From the NCBI GenBank assembly GCA_951406725.2, contig OX597814.1:105586001-105650000 (forward strand): a DNA stretch of 64,000 bases, in the 5' to 3' direction. The position numbers and the translations under genes are program-made. The notes below the pieces were generated by a model. It saw only the letters and a program-made list of their open reading frames with translations, had not been told where the DNA came from and made no database searches. Positions 51,099 through 64,000 of this stretch are shown one piece after another. Position 1 is the first letter of the stretch. The number at the start of each line of letters is the position of its first letter. This stretch comes from Octopus vulgaris. Its lineage: Eukaryota.

Positions 51099-51232
51099 TT
51101 ATTTATTTATCTATATATTCGTATCTGCGTTTGACCTCCTCACCATCGCTTGACAATCGATGTTGGTGTGTTTACGTCCCCGTAACTTAGCAGTTTACCG
51201 CTGTCAAAGGACTGAAACAAGTAAAAGAATAA
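50899..51232 (+). mobile_element. SINE family A with a 3' internal deletion
   Basis: Head, core and tail match the family. Confidence 0.9.
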
Positions 51233-51270
51233 AAAAATATGTACATACATATATATATATATATATACAC

Positions 51271-51410
51271 ATAAATGCGAAACAAGGTGGAAAAAAGACT
51301 ACTCAAATACCAGAGGTAGAGTAATATGCTCTATTAAAAAGTAGCAGAAATATCACAATAACTGTTATTCAGAGTTTAAAGTTCCCGTTTGTCGGACAGT
51401 TTTGTTATAT
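51271..51410 (-). mobile_element. PLE-like terminal fragment, family 3
   Basis: Minus strand AACTGT-CCGACAA-ACG(GGAA)CTT-TAAAC-TCTGA-ATA-ACAGTT (stem I intact, core decayed); homologous to 21221-21350. Confidence 0.45.
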
Positions 51411-51515
51411 ACAAATTCCAGACTTGGTTTAAAGAAACGACAGAGGAAAGGAATTTTTACTCATATAACTTATGTATATACTAGCAAGCAGTTATATACA
51501 TAATCACACTCACAT

Positions 51516-51619
<104 letters not shown>

Positions 51620-53090
51620 TCACACACATATACATACATACACACACAGATGCACACATAAGCGAATCAGTTGTATAATGACGAGGAATCGCAGACTAAT
51701 GAATAGTTTGGTTACTTTCAACAGAACCGATATCGAATTGCTGGCAAGGAAAATCGAAATTTTCGAAATAACATGCAATTTATAGACTGCTGGATGTGGT
51801 TTTGTGAGCCTGCGTAGGTTTAATATCGAAAACTTCGACACACACACACACCTCTGTATACACAACACTTGTAACATTTGCTGTTAAATAAATACGAGAC
51901 AAACAATTTGGAATTGGTATGGCGTATTTATGGATGTGTGGGGAGAAATATTGTTGAAGATACAGAGATATAGACACATCGGCGCAACACTCACACACAC
52001 ACACAACACACACACGCGTCGCTTACAATTTTTGAAAAGTATATGCGCTAATGTAATAAAGATGTAGAATTTTGTATTTAAAACGGTCTTACGGATCCAT
52101 ATATAATACATAAACTTATACATGCTATCGTCCACGAAACCTTCCATTCGTTTGCAATGTTCCCGCTCCACCCTCACTCGCAGACAGAAAGGAAGAGAGA
52201 GTGAGAGAATCATACATAAACTCACAGGCGTACATATGTCTAGATTTATGCACGCTCAAATATTTACACAAATATACCTCTGTACATATCCACACAAATG
52301 CACACATATACCTGTGTACTTCAACACACGACTAATATGCCTCAATACATCCTCGCTGAACCATATGCATATACACACCTCTATACCCAGCCCCATTCTC
52401 TCTCCCCAAATACACGGTATTTATACATCTATATAGAAGAGTTTGCATGGCGTTTCCAATCATAAACTTTCCCCATTTCCACCGGAAGTATGTTTAGCTA
52501 TTTTCTAGATTTCCGTTATAAAACACTTTATCTCTTCATTATACATTTGCCCCCCGGATATAGGCCAATTAATCATTTGAAATCGATATTCTATCGCCAT
52601 CAACATGCTTTTCTTCCTCCCCTCGATAACATCTTGTTCACTTGTCTTCTTTTTCTTATTTTTGATTTTCTATTTTATTCCCGTTCGATTTTTTTTAAGG
52701 AAATCTTAAATTCTTTTTACATTTTCCTTCATTAACCCTTTTACATTGTCAGTTTATATATTGTTTCATCCTCCCCCTCTCTCTCTCACTCTCGTTTTAA
52801 ATTCCAGCGTTTTTGCAAATTCCTGCTGCGAAGAAATCTATATAACTCTAATTAAAACTTGAAGTATGATTTCACTATGGAAACTTAGGCTGTCGATGAA
52901 AGTTTCCACACATTCATACGTATCAGCCGCAAATTATTCAATAAAGCAGACATCCTCCAGACTAATTCTCACAAACGTTGTCTGAGATCTCTTACAAATA
53001 TCTTTGACTAAATACCCATATCGCTATCCTTCCCTCAAATATTTCCTATAATATTTCACCCTATTACTTTCTACGATATCTCGGTTAAAC

Positions 53091-53235
53091 AGTTCTATAT
53101 TTAAGAGATTAGGAATTATGTACATTATTTAAATTTGACGGATATTTGTTCTCATCTTGTTTGTTGTATTTCAGCTGAAACGTTGTGTTAACAACAAACA
53201 AGATGAGGACAAATATCCGTCAAATTTAAATAATG
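53091..53235. mobile_element. Second copy of PLE fold-back family 1
   Basis: Same sequence as 3359-3629 in the opposite orientation; TSD TATCTCGGTTAAAC at 53077-53090 and 53236-53249; only the 3' half of the hammerhead is retained. Confidence 0.8.
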
Positions 53236-53404
53236 TATCTCGGTTAAACGTGTGATTTTTACACCTCACTCACCGTCCGAGTGTACCGTCCTGACTTCAA
53301 CCATTTGCCCCTGCTTATAGATCCCTGTAAATAGTTTTAGCTCGGTCTCAATATTAACTTGGTTATGTCAGATCATTAAGGAGTTGACGCCAACGCCTAT
53401 TTTC

Positions 53405-54178
53405 GGAAGTATGGCCGTGCGGTTAAAAGTTTCATTCTGAACCGCATGGTTCCAGGTTCTGTCTCATTGTGTGGCACCTTAGGCAAGTGTTCTAGTATAA
53501 CCGCAGGCTGACCAAAGCCTTATCGGTGGTGTTGGTAGACAGAAACTGAAAGAAGCCTGTCCTGTGTATGTTTTTGTGTGTGTGTGTAAAAAAAAAGGGT
53601 AAAGTCCCCTTTCGGCCATAAATGACCATGAGACTGCATCTAGAAAGTCCCCCTCCGAGGTACAAATTCGGGTAAAGTTGTGTTATGGAAGACCAGCAGT
53701 CGCCATGAATACCAGCGTCCTTTCTCCATGCCACTGATATTATCCAAGGCTTAGGGGCCGATACAGCTTGGCACCAGTGACGCCACAACTCATTTCTACA
53801 GCTGATTGAACTGGATCAATGGGAAATAATGTGTCTTGCTCAAGGACACAATATATATTATATATATATATGTCGTCCGTTTGTATAAAATATTTAAATT
53901 GAATTGAATTTATAATCGTTCAGTTTATTGTTTTGTTTTTCCATTTCTGGTATATATTTGCGTGTGCACGTGTGTCTGTGTTTGTCACCCTGCACCGCTT
54001 GACAACCGGTGTCGGTGTTTTTCCGTCCCCATAACATAGCAGTTCGGCAGAAGAGGCCGACAGAATAAGAACTAGGCTTGAAAAATGTACCTTGGTCGAT
54101 TCGTTCGACTAAACAGTTTTCAGGGCGGTGCTCCGGCATGGCCGGAGTCTAATGACAGAAGTAAATAAAAAAGTAAGA
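53405..54178 (+). mobile_element. SINE family A split by nested insertion(s)
   Basis: 5' half at 53405-53585 and 3' half at about 53960-54178. Confidence 0.75.
53590..53850 (-). mobile_element. SINE family C variant nested in SINE A
   Basis: Minus strand TGTGTCCTTGAGCAAGACACATTATTTCCCATTGATCCAGTTCAATCAGCTGTAGAAATGAG core as at 5015-5225, but a different tail ending GGGGACTTTACCC(T)n. Confidence 0.7.
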
Positions 54179-54190
54179 GGGGGGGTGTAT

Positions 54191-54233
<43 letters not shown>

Positions 54234-54297
54234 GGTCTTCTAGAACAGTTTACTGAAGTCTCTCATAGTTTGTTCCACACCGGCACGACTAAAACGC

Positions 54298-54470
54298 TTC
54301 CGCTACGTTCTGAGTTCAAATTCCGCCGAGGTCGACTTTGCCTTTCAAACTTTCGGAGTCGATTAAATAAGTACCAGTTACGCACTGGGGTCGATGTAAT
54401 CTACTTAATCCCTTTGTCTGTTCTTGATTGTCCCCTCTATGTTTAGCGCCCTGTGGGCAATGAAGAAATA
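54298..54470 (+). mobile_element. SINE family B monomer (tail X), 5'-truncated
   Basis: CGCTACGTTCTGAGTTCAAATTCCGCCGAGG..TGTGGGCAATGAAGAAATA. Confidence 0.88.
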
Positions 54471-54931
54471 TATATATAATACGGCTAGAAACGCATACAT
54501 GCATGGATGTCGTGGCTTATGTGGTCGCCAGCATCGTTTGAAGACAAATGCCTTTAGAATTTCTGATGAGGTGCCCACCACGACTGCCTTACGTTGATTA
54601 TATGTAAATTTTCGATTCTGTGACAAATGTGCAGCATATGATTCTATCAAGAATCAGTTTATTTCGTGTTGTTGAACGCAATGGTTTTCAGTACTGGTGT
54701 TGAACAGAACTTTTTAGCCATAAATGGAGTGTAGTGGTCGGCTGATGCCATCAAAAGTGTGTACGAATAGAAGCATCCTGTGCTGGTCTCCTGAATCTTT
54801 TGATATTTTTGATGAAAGACTAATTTGGTTTTCGAAATTGTAATGCTAAGACAAAAAGTATACACGACATTATCTCTCAGACTTTCTGTCATATGGAATT
54901 TGAGGAGCACTGCGTTTCTCTATCTCATATA

Positions 54932-54985
<54 letters not shown>

Positions 54986-54986
<1 letters not shown>

Positions 54987-55415
54987 TAGCAGCATAGCCC
55001 GGCGTTGCCCGGGTATGTAAGAGCCCCTAGTAGGCAACGACTAATCCCAATCTAGTCCTTTCCCTCTAGGGAACGAAGGCGCATGTGTAGGTTGCAATGT
55101 CTTCTCTTCGCTCGAATACTTCTGTGTATACGATGTTCCTAGCTGTCCCTTTGGGCGATAAAATGGTCGAGTTGTGTCCCCTAGACAGAAAATGTGTTGC
55201 ATATAAAAAGCTTAGATTCTCGACCCCATGTCGAATTCATCGATTTTTTTCAGAACTGGGGGAACTTTTAAAAATTTTCGCTGCGTTAGTTTTGAATTAT
55301 GACATTGGGCTATGTGTGTGTCAAGTTTCATCAGAATCGGTTGAAAGCCGTGGTCATGGTGAGGGTACAACCTGACAGACACACAGACAGACAAACTGCC
55401 GTTTATATAGAGAGA
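54986..55415 (-). mobile_element. Non-autonomous Helitron, complete
   Basis: Minus strand starts TC(TCTCTATATAAACGGC) and ends with the hairpin CCCGGGCAACGCCGGG plus CTAG; inserted between host A and T with no TSD. Confidence 0.9.
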
Positions 55416-55429
55416 TTACATGTGTGTGC

Positions 55430-55493
<64 letters not shown>

Positions 55494-57658
55494 ATGTCTG
55501 TGTTTGTATATATATATATGTGTGTGTGTGTGTATGTCTGTGTTTGTATATATATATATATATATGTGTGTGTATATATATGTATGTATACATGTGCATA
55601 TTGTGTGTGTGTATACACACACACACATATATGTATGTATGTATATATATGTATGTATGTATACACACACCTAATGAAGTTCATAACGTAATTGTTTATT
55701 GCTTTTCATCTCAGTTTCGTGTTTGTGTGTGTCTGTCTGTCTGTCTAAGCCGTTTGAGTATAAATTCCTTTCCTATTTCGTTTCTTTAAATCATGTCTGG
55801 AATTTACTGTTGCAATCCAATGTAAGATTATTTATAAAAAAAATTGTTTTCTACCGCAAAAGTTATGTAATTTCCTTAATAGACAGAGATATACTAATTA
55901 AAAAAAAAAAACAAAATGCAATAATAATAATGATGATGATAATAATAATAATAATAATAATGATAATAATAATGATGATGATGATTTTATTTATTTGCCA
56001 CAATGATAATACTAAAGCAATGTCATCAGGATTCGATTTAATGGAATTTTCCATCTACGAAATTGCTTGTTTACCTTCAATCAAATTTTACACATATAAG
56101 CTTATACATATATATATATATACAAAACTCATCCACATGCATATTACAGCGTACGTGCATTCGCATGTGCAAGTCTGTGCATGTGCTTTATAATACAAAG
56201 AATACAAGATTGAATTTTTGCAAAATTGAATAAATATGTCGCTCTTTTTCTTACGTCTGAATCTGCAGACTTCGAACAAGTTTTTACGTTCGCCCGTCTC
56301 TCTCTCTCTTTCACCCTCTCTCACTCCCCCTCTCTCACTTTGTATCTATCTATCTCAATCTTTCTCTCCATTTCTCTCTTCCCTCTCTCCCTTTTTGCTT
56401 ACTGACTCTCTTGCTCCCTCTTTCTCTGGACTTTACCCTTTTTCCCCCCTCATTCTTTATCTCTGTTTCGTCCCACTCCGCCTCCTTCTACACATGGCTA
56501 CGTTTTATTTCTTATTCCTTCCCTCATGCTACCTCCCCCTCTCCTCTTTTCCCTCCCGCCTGCGCACCCCTTCATCCCCCATCCCCTTCTGACATTTAGG
56601 GAGACAGAAGACATCCTTAGATGTAATTCTTTTGAAGATAAAACCTAAACAAACATCACTTTAAACTTATCGTACCTTTCCGATATCCATCGAGTAACCC
56701 CGCCCTGACATCCCACCCACCCCTTATGCACACACACACACACACACACACACATCATGCATACATATATATATATATATATGTTTATATATACGTGTAT
56801 ATATATATATGTATGTATATATACCTATATATATATATATATATATATACATACTTATATAAAGATATATATATATATATACATACATATATAGATAAAA
56901 AAAATATATATATATAAACACACACATACATGTATATACATACTTATATACATAAAGAGATATATATATACATGTATGTTTGATATATATATATATATAT
57001 ATATATTCGAAGTAAACAAATGTTTCTCGTTGTTTTGGAGAAGTAATCTGACAAGACAATGACGGACAACCCATTCTCTGTGTAACCGGATTAATGAAGA
57101 CAAAGGAGCAGTGTGGGGGATGGATGAATAGATAGATAGAGACTATGTTTTTACCAAAGTGGTGATGGTGAGAGTGAAGAATGTACCTTTGCTAGGGGCA
57201 GGAAGGGAGGACTACTTTTTTTTATTTCAAATTCTTCAATATTTTGATGTCTATGATGGTTGTTCTGGAATTATCTTCAATTAAGGTTTTCTTCCATTTC
57301 CATGACGTTTTTACTGCCAAATATTTACCCATACTCTCTTGCTTAACCCTCTCTCTCTCTCTCTCTCTCTCCACCCCCTTTCAGTTTTTCTTTTCCCTGC
57401 CGTTTATTTTCTCCCCCCTGCTCTTCTCAAGCTAAAATCTAAGTAAAATCCCCCCCCATACTCGTGGCCCATCATTGTTTCACAATATTCTTACTTTCCT
57501 TTTTTGTCTCCTCAGATTGGGAGTGGTGTATGTCCCCACCCCCTCCTGCTTTTCTTTCTCATTCTGTGTGTGTGTGTGTATGCCTGTATATGAATATGTG
57601 TGTACGTAGGTATATGTCTATCTTATTTCCTCTTCCACATCTATGTTTATATATAAAC

Positions 57659-57694
<36 letters not shown>

Positions 57695-59469
57695 TCTTAT
57701 TGTTGCTGTTGTTGTAGCTGTTAATCATGACGGGCGATGTTTACGAAGAACTTCTGTGATAGACGGGACTTTCTGAATTATTGAAAAAAAAGAACATTAT
57801 GCCAAGACAATGGCTCCAAGTATGAAGATATTCCATGTAATGATGTGTGTGTGTGTTGGGGGTATATATATCTGGCAGGTTTGTTTTAAGCAATAAAGAA
57901 GCAGTAATGTACATCTCTAGAATAAAACAGAACCGGACGAAAACAGACCACATGTCTAGTCATTAAAAAAAATAATCGGTTTCTCCCATCAAACCCGCAG
58001 ATGTTTTTCACATGTTAGTATCAACCACAGTAACATGCAGTAACTTAATCACGGCCATGGCGCGCTCTGACGCTAACAAAGATAGAATTTAATGCCGTCC
58101 ACGATTAACTGCAACCACCTCCATTGGAGCGGTTGATTTCGATGAAGTGGGGCGTAGGCTACTCCACTTGTGGGGTCTATCACAATATCAAAAATATTGT
58201 TCCCCTTCATTGGAGGCCCTGCAGTTAATGAGGCTCTGGGCTTAAGCCTGCCAAACATACAGCTGAATCTGGTATTACTTTAATGGTTCTGTTGTAGGGA
58301 TCTGATAATACCCTTTCAAAGACGAAATCAAAATTGCTTAACCCTTTCTATGATATTCTCATAAATTTGTCCCCAACGCCCATACTTGTTTTTATACTGT
58401 AAGCAAACCCTTGTTTTATACATTGTGAAAAATATAAAGCTTTCCTTTCATAAGTATCAAGTTATTCTGGTGGTTGAAAATAATTGGGAATATGTATCAT
58501 ACCGAATGCATAGACACCACTGAAATATGTTCTTTGCATCACATGTGAGACACAAGACAGGAAATGGTTAATGACCGTGTCACTTTGTCTCTCATTAGAA
58601 GCTTGTCAGAATTTTCAGATCTCGAAGAACTTCTTTCCACTGCACTGATGATGGAAAGCTGGATTGGAACTCTGAACACAAGAAACCAGAGCACATTCCG
58701 CAACGGATTCGACCAATCCATCGGTCATTTATGCAGCCACTCCGAAAGTGTGATGTGAACATGACCCGCCCAGAACCTCGATAAATATCACAAAGCTTCC
58801 TACCCAACGATCTAACCATTCTGCCAATAAGCTTTTCAAAACACACACACACACACACACACACTCTCTCTCTCCCGCTCCCCCCCTCTCTCTCACACAC
58901 ACGCACATACTCACTCATTCACGTATCCTTCATATATTATGATGATGGAATCAAAGACTTCTCTTCAGATGATTTGCAGGGAGTTCAAAATAATAAAATC
59001 TTCAATGCAAAACTTGAACTTAGTCGAGTATGCAGAACATTGTGAGTGTGTGTTATACGCTATATGTATTTTGCACACAATCCATGTATGCCACCGTTTT
59101 TTACAAATGATATATGTTGTATGTTAAATGTATACTGTCGTTACACATATTGTAAGCATATATCTATAAATTTATATTACGCCGTTTCAAAAACATACAG
59201 ACACATATTTTCAAAAAAAAAAAAAATTCCAGCGTCAGAAGTTCAAGTGATTAGTATCCTGGCGCCATACCTTCCAGATACTCCGCCTACCTATACACAT
59301 ACCTCACTTCGCTATCTGTCCCCACTTACCTACCCTAACATTAAACTCACTATTGACATGATTGATGCCAATAACAGAAAACCCTAAATTTAATTAGGAA
59401 CCAACGTAGTTTAATAACCGCCCCTCTTCCTTCTGGCTTACGTAAAGAGTTCATTCAATATGCTAAATG

Positions 59470-59523
<54 letters not shown>

Positions 59524-60182
59524 GTGATGATGATGGTGATAATAATTTGTGTGTTTACTTGGGCGAAGTCATTCACAAGCAGGTGTAAACTCATTAAGCT
59601 GTAGAATTAACGATACCCGATATCACCTTAGCTTCGTTTGTAGTTCATTTAGGCCCTCGAAAATATTTCTCAGATTTTAGAGAAAACACGTGATGCGAAT
59701 ATATCTCTTAGTTATCATTAAGGGACGCAGTCTATATTTCATTACCAATTACCGCTATCGACGCCGCCCCTGCTACCACCACCACCACCATCACTATTAT
59801 CCCCGACAATTTTCTTCTTTTTTTTTTACTGTATTCGTTCTTAAAATTGCATTCTTTTCGTTTTATTTGGGATAAAGATTGCACAAAACTGTCAAATCTC
59901 TGATTTTCTCCCTCTCACCGGCTCTCCCTTAAACAACAGCACAAAAAGAATGTTTCTTGATATTAACATATTGATCTGTTCTTTGGAATCGTAATGGAAC
60001 TCAAACAAACCAAGACCAACATTAGGTTCATTCCGAATTTCCTCTTCAATAATCGTCTTTTCTACTTTCTTTTTCTGTGTAAAGCTTATTCCAGTCATCT
60101 CAATATTTCCTACTTTGGCAGAGCGGCGAGCTGGTAGAATGCTTAGCAGTCCGGACAAAATGTTTACCGGCATTTCGTCTGT

Positions 60183-60440
60183 CTAATACATGTGTATGTA
60201 TTCGTCTAATATATTGGAATAAACAGACATACTGGAATGTTTTCCAGCTGATGTCTGTCCATTTTGTATCCTCTCCACTTTCTCATTTGCCGTATAAATC
60301 AAGGGTAAATCACTCTTTTACCCCCACCCATATATAACACTCAATTGCGAGATTGCCACGCAATAGCCAGCAGTATATTGGATAGGTACTATCCCTTAGT
60401 TAGTTTCTCAACTTCTAACTCACACAGAAATATATATATA
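60183..60440 (+). mobile_element. Colinear 3' fragment of the 23126-23905 repeat family, abutting a SINE B head (60121-60184)
   Basis: Shares CTAATACA..GACATACTGGAATGTTT..TTGTATCCTCTCCACTTTCT..TAC TATCCCTTAGTT..AACTCACACAGAAA(TA)n with 23126-23905. Confidence 0.7.
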
Positions 60441-62782
60441 CGAGTGAGTGGACAAACGAAAAAAGGGCACGCAGCCAATTTCTTGGGAGTTACATGTTTG
60501 GAACAAAACAGTTTGATTCAAATTCGTCGGTACTCTTGAGTTTCAAGTGTGATGGTAGTCGTCAATCATTTTGAATTTGAATGACAGAAGTTGATTGTTA
60601 TTACCGTGAGGTGGGCTGCGATTGGTCGAGGAAGATCACGCGGTGTCGTGGTTTGATGTTGGCATATGAGTAACAATTAGTTGTAAAATAACGAATGGTG
60701 AATAAGAAACTGACGACGTGGAGGACAGGAAATAGGGCAAGTGACGATTAGAAATCGGTCAGGTTGTTACGGGGAGGAAGGTAGGAAGGGGCGGCATGTG
60801 TAAGTATATAGTTCTATATGTGGGTTTGCAGACACGCTCTTGTAGTTTTGCGTGCATGTGCACATTGATGCGAGTGTGCGTATCTGTAAATGGGCGCGCA
60901 CGACTGCACACATATACACACACGAACATGTACCACTTTTACCCCTCCGCAACAAAATCCCAAAGTTTATTTAATTTGCTTTGCGGGAAGGGCTGTTTCA
61001 ACGGAGTCGCATCTTATCCTTACCTTCGGAACGCGGAGTAGACGAAACTGGGACAACTCAAGAAAGGGAAATATTCATTGTGTTGTGTGTCTTGTACTCT
61101 GTTCTTTCGTTGTTTGAAAAAATAGTTCGTTTCCATGTTTTTGTTTTTATGTTTTCGTTTCTCATTGTGTTCAACGTTTTTTTGATGTCCTGTACCCATA
61201 TATGCATGTATATATACATATAGATGTAGGTATGTACAGATATGTATGTATATATGCATATATTTATATATTATTTATATTATTATATATATATGAAATT
61301 TAGTTTAATTTAATAACAGTTTGAAGCCGAGCGAGATAGGTTCGTTATACGAACCTACGAAACTTGTCATTGAATAATGTATATAACTCAAACTAAATGT
61401 GCTGAGTGCAACTTTCTTTCCTTTGACTACTCGCATATACATGTGTGTGTGTATGTGTGTGTGTGTATGCATATAATATATATGTTTAATGTGTGTGTGT
61501 GGTGCGTGTATTTGTGCGCCAAATTTTGTTTTTTTGGCTTCAAGTATTTCTTATAATTGCAACAATGGCTGGAGCAGAGCCAACTTCGTACGAAATGGCG
61601 TGCGTGATGTTTGTACGATGTGTATATTGCGACTTCGTTTAAATACGGCTGACATGTAGAGAAACAAAGTCACTAAAATATCAAGAAATGGTTTATTATT
61701 CCACAGAAAGAACAAACGTTCTCAACTCTTAAAGAAAAGTGACATGCAATCATTAAAAAAAAAAAATGCCGGCAGAAGAATATTTTAAACTATTTTAACA
61801 TAAATTTAAATAAAAAGAGCATGTAATTCTGTTTGAGTGGCATCAAAAATTAGTTATGAAAAAGTTATAAACATTTAATTAGCAATTAATTGCAGATTAA
61901 ATACCCAATTAAAACAACACGAAAGAATTTGTCTTTTGTCGTCGACGGCGTCGTCTGTGGTTGTCAGATGTTTATTATTTCTTCAAGAACAATCGTTTTT
62001 TATTGATTGCATTCAAATGTATTTTGTGTTGTTGACGAGTTTGTGTTTGTCGCGCATTTCTCTATGGAATCTGGAATGGATAAATGACTGGAATCGCTAT
62101 GGAGAAGCTAGAACGGCACAATATACTTACAACCCCCTCCTCCTCTTCGTTTTATATATTTTTAATATATTTTTAACAATATTTCAGTAATTTATTTATT
62201 TATCTATTTATGTACGGCATTCATTCGCTTCCAGCGTTTTCTCTGTCTTTTAGAATTGGTTTATTTCTATATTGTGGGACGGATTAAGACATTTTTTTTT
62301 TATTATTATTGGAACAACAGGAAAAAAAAACCTCATTCATATTTGATAGAATTTTCTTTTAGTTCAGCATAATTCTCCATCTGTGTGTGTGTTTGTGTGC
62401 ACGCATGAGAAGGGTGAGAGAGACGAGACAGACAAACAAATTTTATGTAAATATTCGTTACTGCACAAATATTTCGGTAAACATATGCAAGGAAGAATTC
62501 TAAAAATGTGTTGTTCTTCCTAATCCCACCGACGTTGACGTTGCTTTTCATCATTCCGGAGTTCATAAACAGAATACCAGTCATACCCGGAGTATGTCGA
62601 TATAACCTCCTCCACCATCACCTTTGGTCATGTATTTTATGCGACAAATGATTCCCATGTAGGAAGGTTAATGAAGAACAAGAAACGCTTGGATTCAGTA
62701 TAATTCATTTAACCTCTGTTGTTGTAGACAAGAGTTTTTTTATTGGCAGGGAACCCGAAAGATGTAGACAAGAGTCTTTTAT

Positions 62783-63015
62783 AGGCGGCGAGCTGGCAGA
62801 ATCATTAGCACACCGGGCGAAATGCGTAGCCGTATTTCGTCTGCCGTTACATTCTGAGTTCAAATTCCGCCGAGGTTGACTTTGCCTTTCATCCTTTCGG
62901 GGTCGATAAATTATGTACCAGTTACGCACTGGGGGTCGATGTAATCGACTTAATCCGTTTGTCTGTCCTTGTTTGTCTCCTCTATGTTTAGCCCCTTGTG
63001 GGTAGTAAAGAAATA
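62783..63015 (+). mobile_element. SINE family B monomer (tail X), full length
   Basis: 13-bp TSD AAGAGTCTTTTAT at 62770-62782 and 63016-63028. Confidence 0.93.
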
Positions 63016-63061
63016 AAGAGTCTTTTATGGGAAGCAGGAAGATGTAGGATCTTAGATTAGC

Positions 63062-63102
<41 letters not shown>

Positions 63103-63622
63103 GTCAAGTAGCCGACTCCCTCACCATGACCATCACTGAAGATAATTCGCACCAGGTCTTCAACTAGAATTTGAGACTGCCAAATCATGTTTGCCTTCCC
63201 TCTGGCTGAAAGACACGCCTAAGTTTTCTAAATAGAAATAAGGAAGTTTGATAAAGGAAAAGAAAAGAAAAAAAAAAAAGAAAACCGGAGAGGAATTGGT
63301 GATATTTGTGAATTGAATAGTAAATAATAGCAAGGAATACTTTGGTAAAAAAAGCAGAATAAAGATTCTTTATCCCATCCTGCCACCAGAAAGAATCGCT
63401 ACCCTTGATCTTGGCTAAGAAGAATGCTTGCTTGTCTTATTACGTTCAGCGTAGACCATTAAATGTACATCTGCATAATTTGCTTAATCAGCGCTGCTCA
63501 TCTCTCCTCACCTGTCAGGTGTGAAACACAATACGAAACCCGAACCGACCAAGTTATGTTCTTTGATTGTTATTACTCTTGCGGCATTGCGATCAGGGCT
63601 GTGTGTGCGTGTGTAGGTGTCA

Positions 63623-63677
<55 letters not shown>

Positions 63678-63939
63678 ATGTTTATGTGTGGGGAGGGGAG
63701 AAAGTTTGTATAAACTGTATTGCATCTCAGCATAAGATGTAAAGAGAGAGAGAGAGAGGGCTTTGTCGGTCTGCCTGCATATGCTCAGGGTTATGTGTAT
63801 CACGTATCATCATATTGTTACGTTGTCTCTTTTAATATTTGTTTTATTTCATCGTTTGGTTCCAGCCAGGATCATCCGGTCTGTTTTTCAGACAGTATCT
63901 AAAACTCCATTATTCAAGCCGTCCTTTCTATTAACAACA

Positions 63940-64000
63940 GGCGCAGGAGTGGCTGTGTGGTAAGTAGCTTGCTTACCAACCACATGGTTCCGGGTTCAGT
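63940..64000 (+). mobile_element. SINE family A head, cut by the window edge
   Basis: GGCGCAGGAGTGGCTGTGTGGTAAGTAGCTTGCTTACCAACCACATGGTTCCGGGTTCAGT. Confidence 0.9.

Noticed and set aside
54563-54590. CTGATGA-GGTG-CC-CACC as a hammerhead
   Set aside because: No GAAA box after the stem and no stem I or III

Overview
AT-rich, microsatellite-dense non-coding eukaryotic DNA. The two dominant tRNA-derived SINE families look like those of Octopus; this is recognition from memory, not a database search. No intact protein-coding gene, tRNA or rRNA is recognisable, and almost all supplied ORFs are microsatellite or SINE translations. The window holds about 14 copies of SINE family A (CORE-like) and about 15 copies of a modular monomer/dimer SINE family B. 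It also holds 3' fragments of L1/Tx1-, Dong/R4-, RTE- and CR1-like LINEs, hAT and pogo/Tigger MITEs, a fold-back mariner derivative and a complete non-autonomous Helitron. The most notable signal is a set of Penelope-like insertions from several unrelated families carrying minimal type I hammerhead ribozyme motifs. One of these has an intact core (3406-3451, minus strand) inside a TSD-flanked fold-back insertion. Also notable are several long hairpin-forming structures and a canonically spaced TATA+Inr candidate promoter on the minus strand at about 28815.
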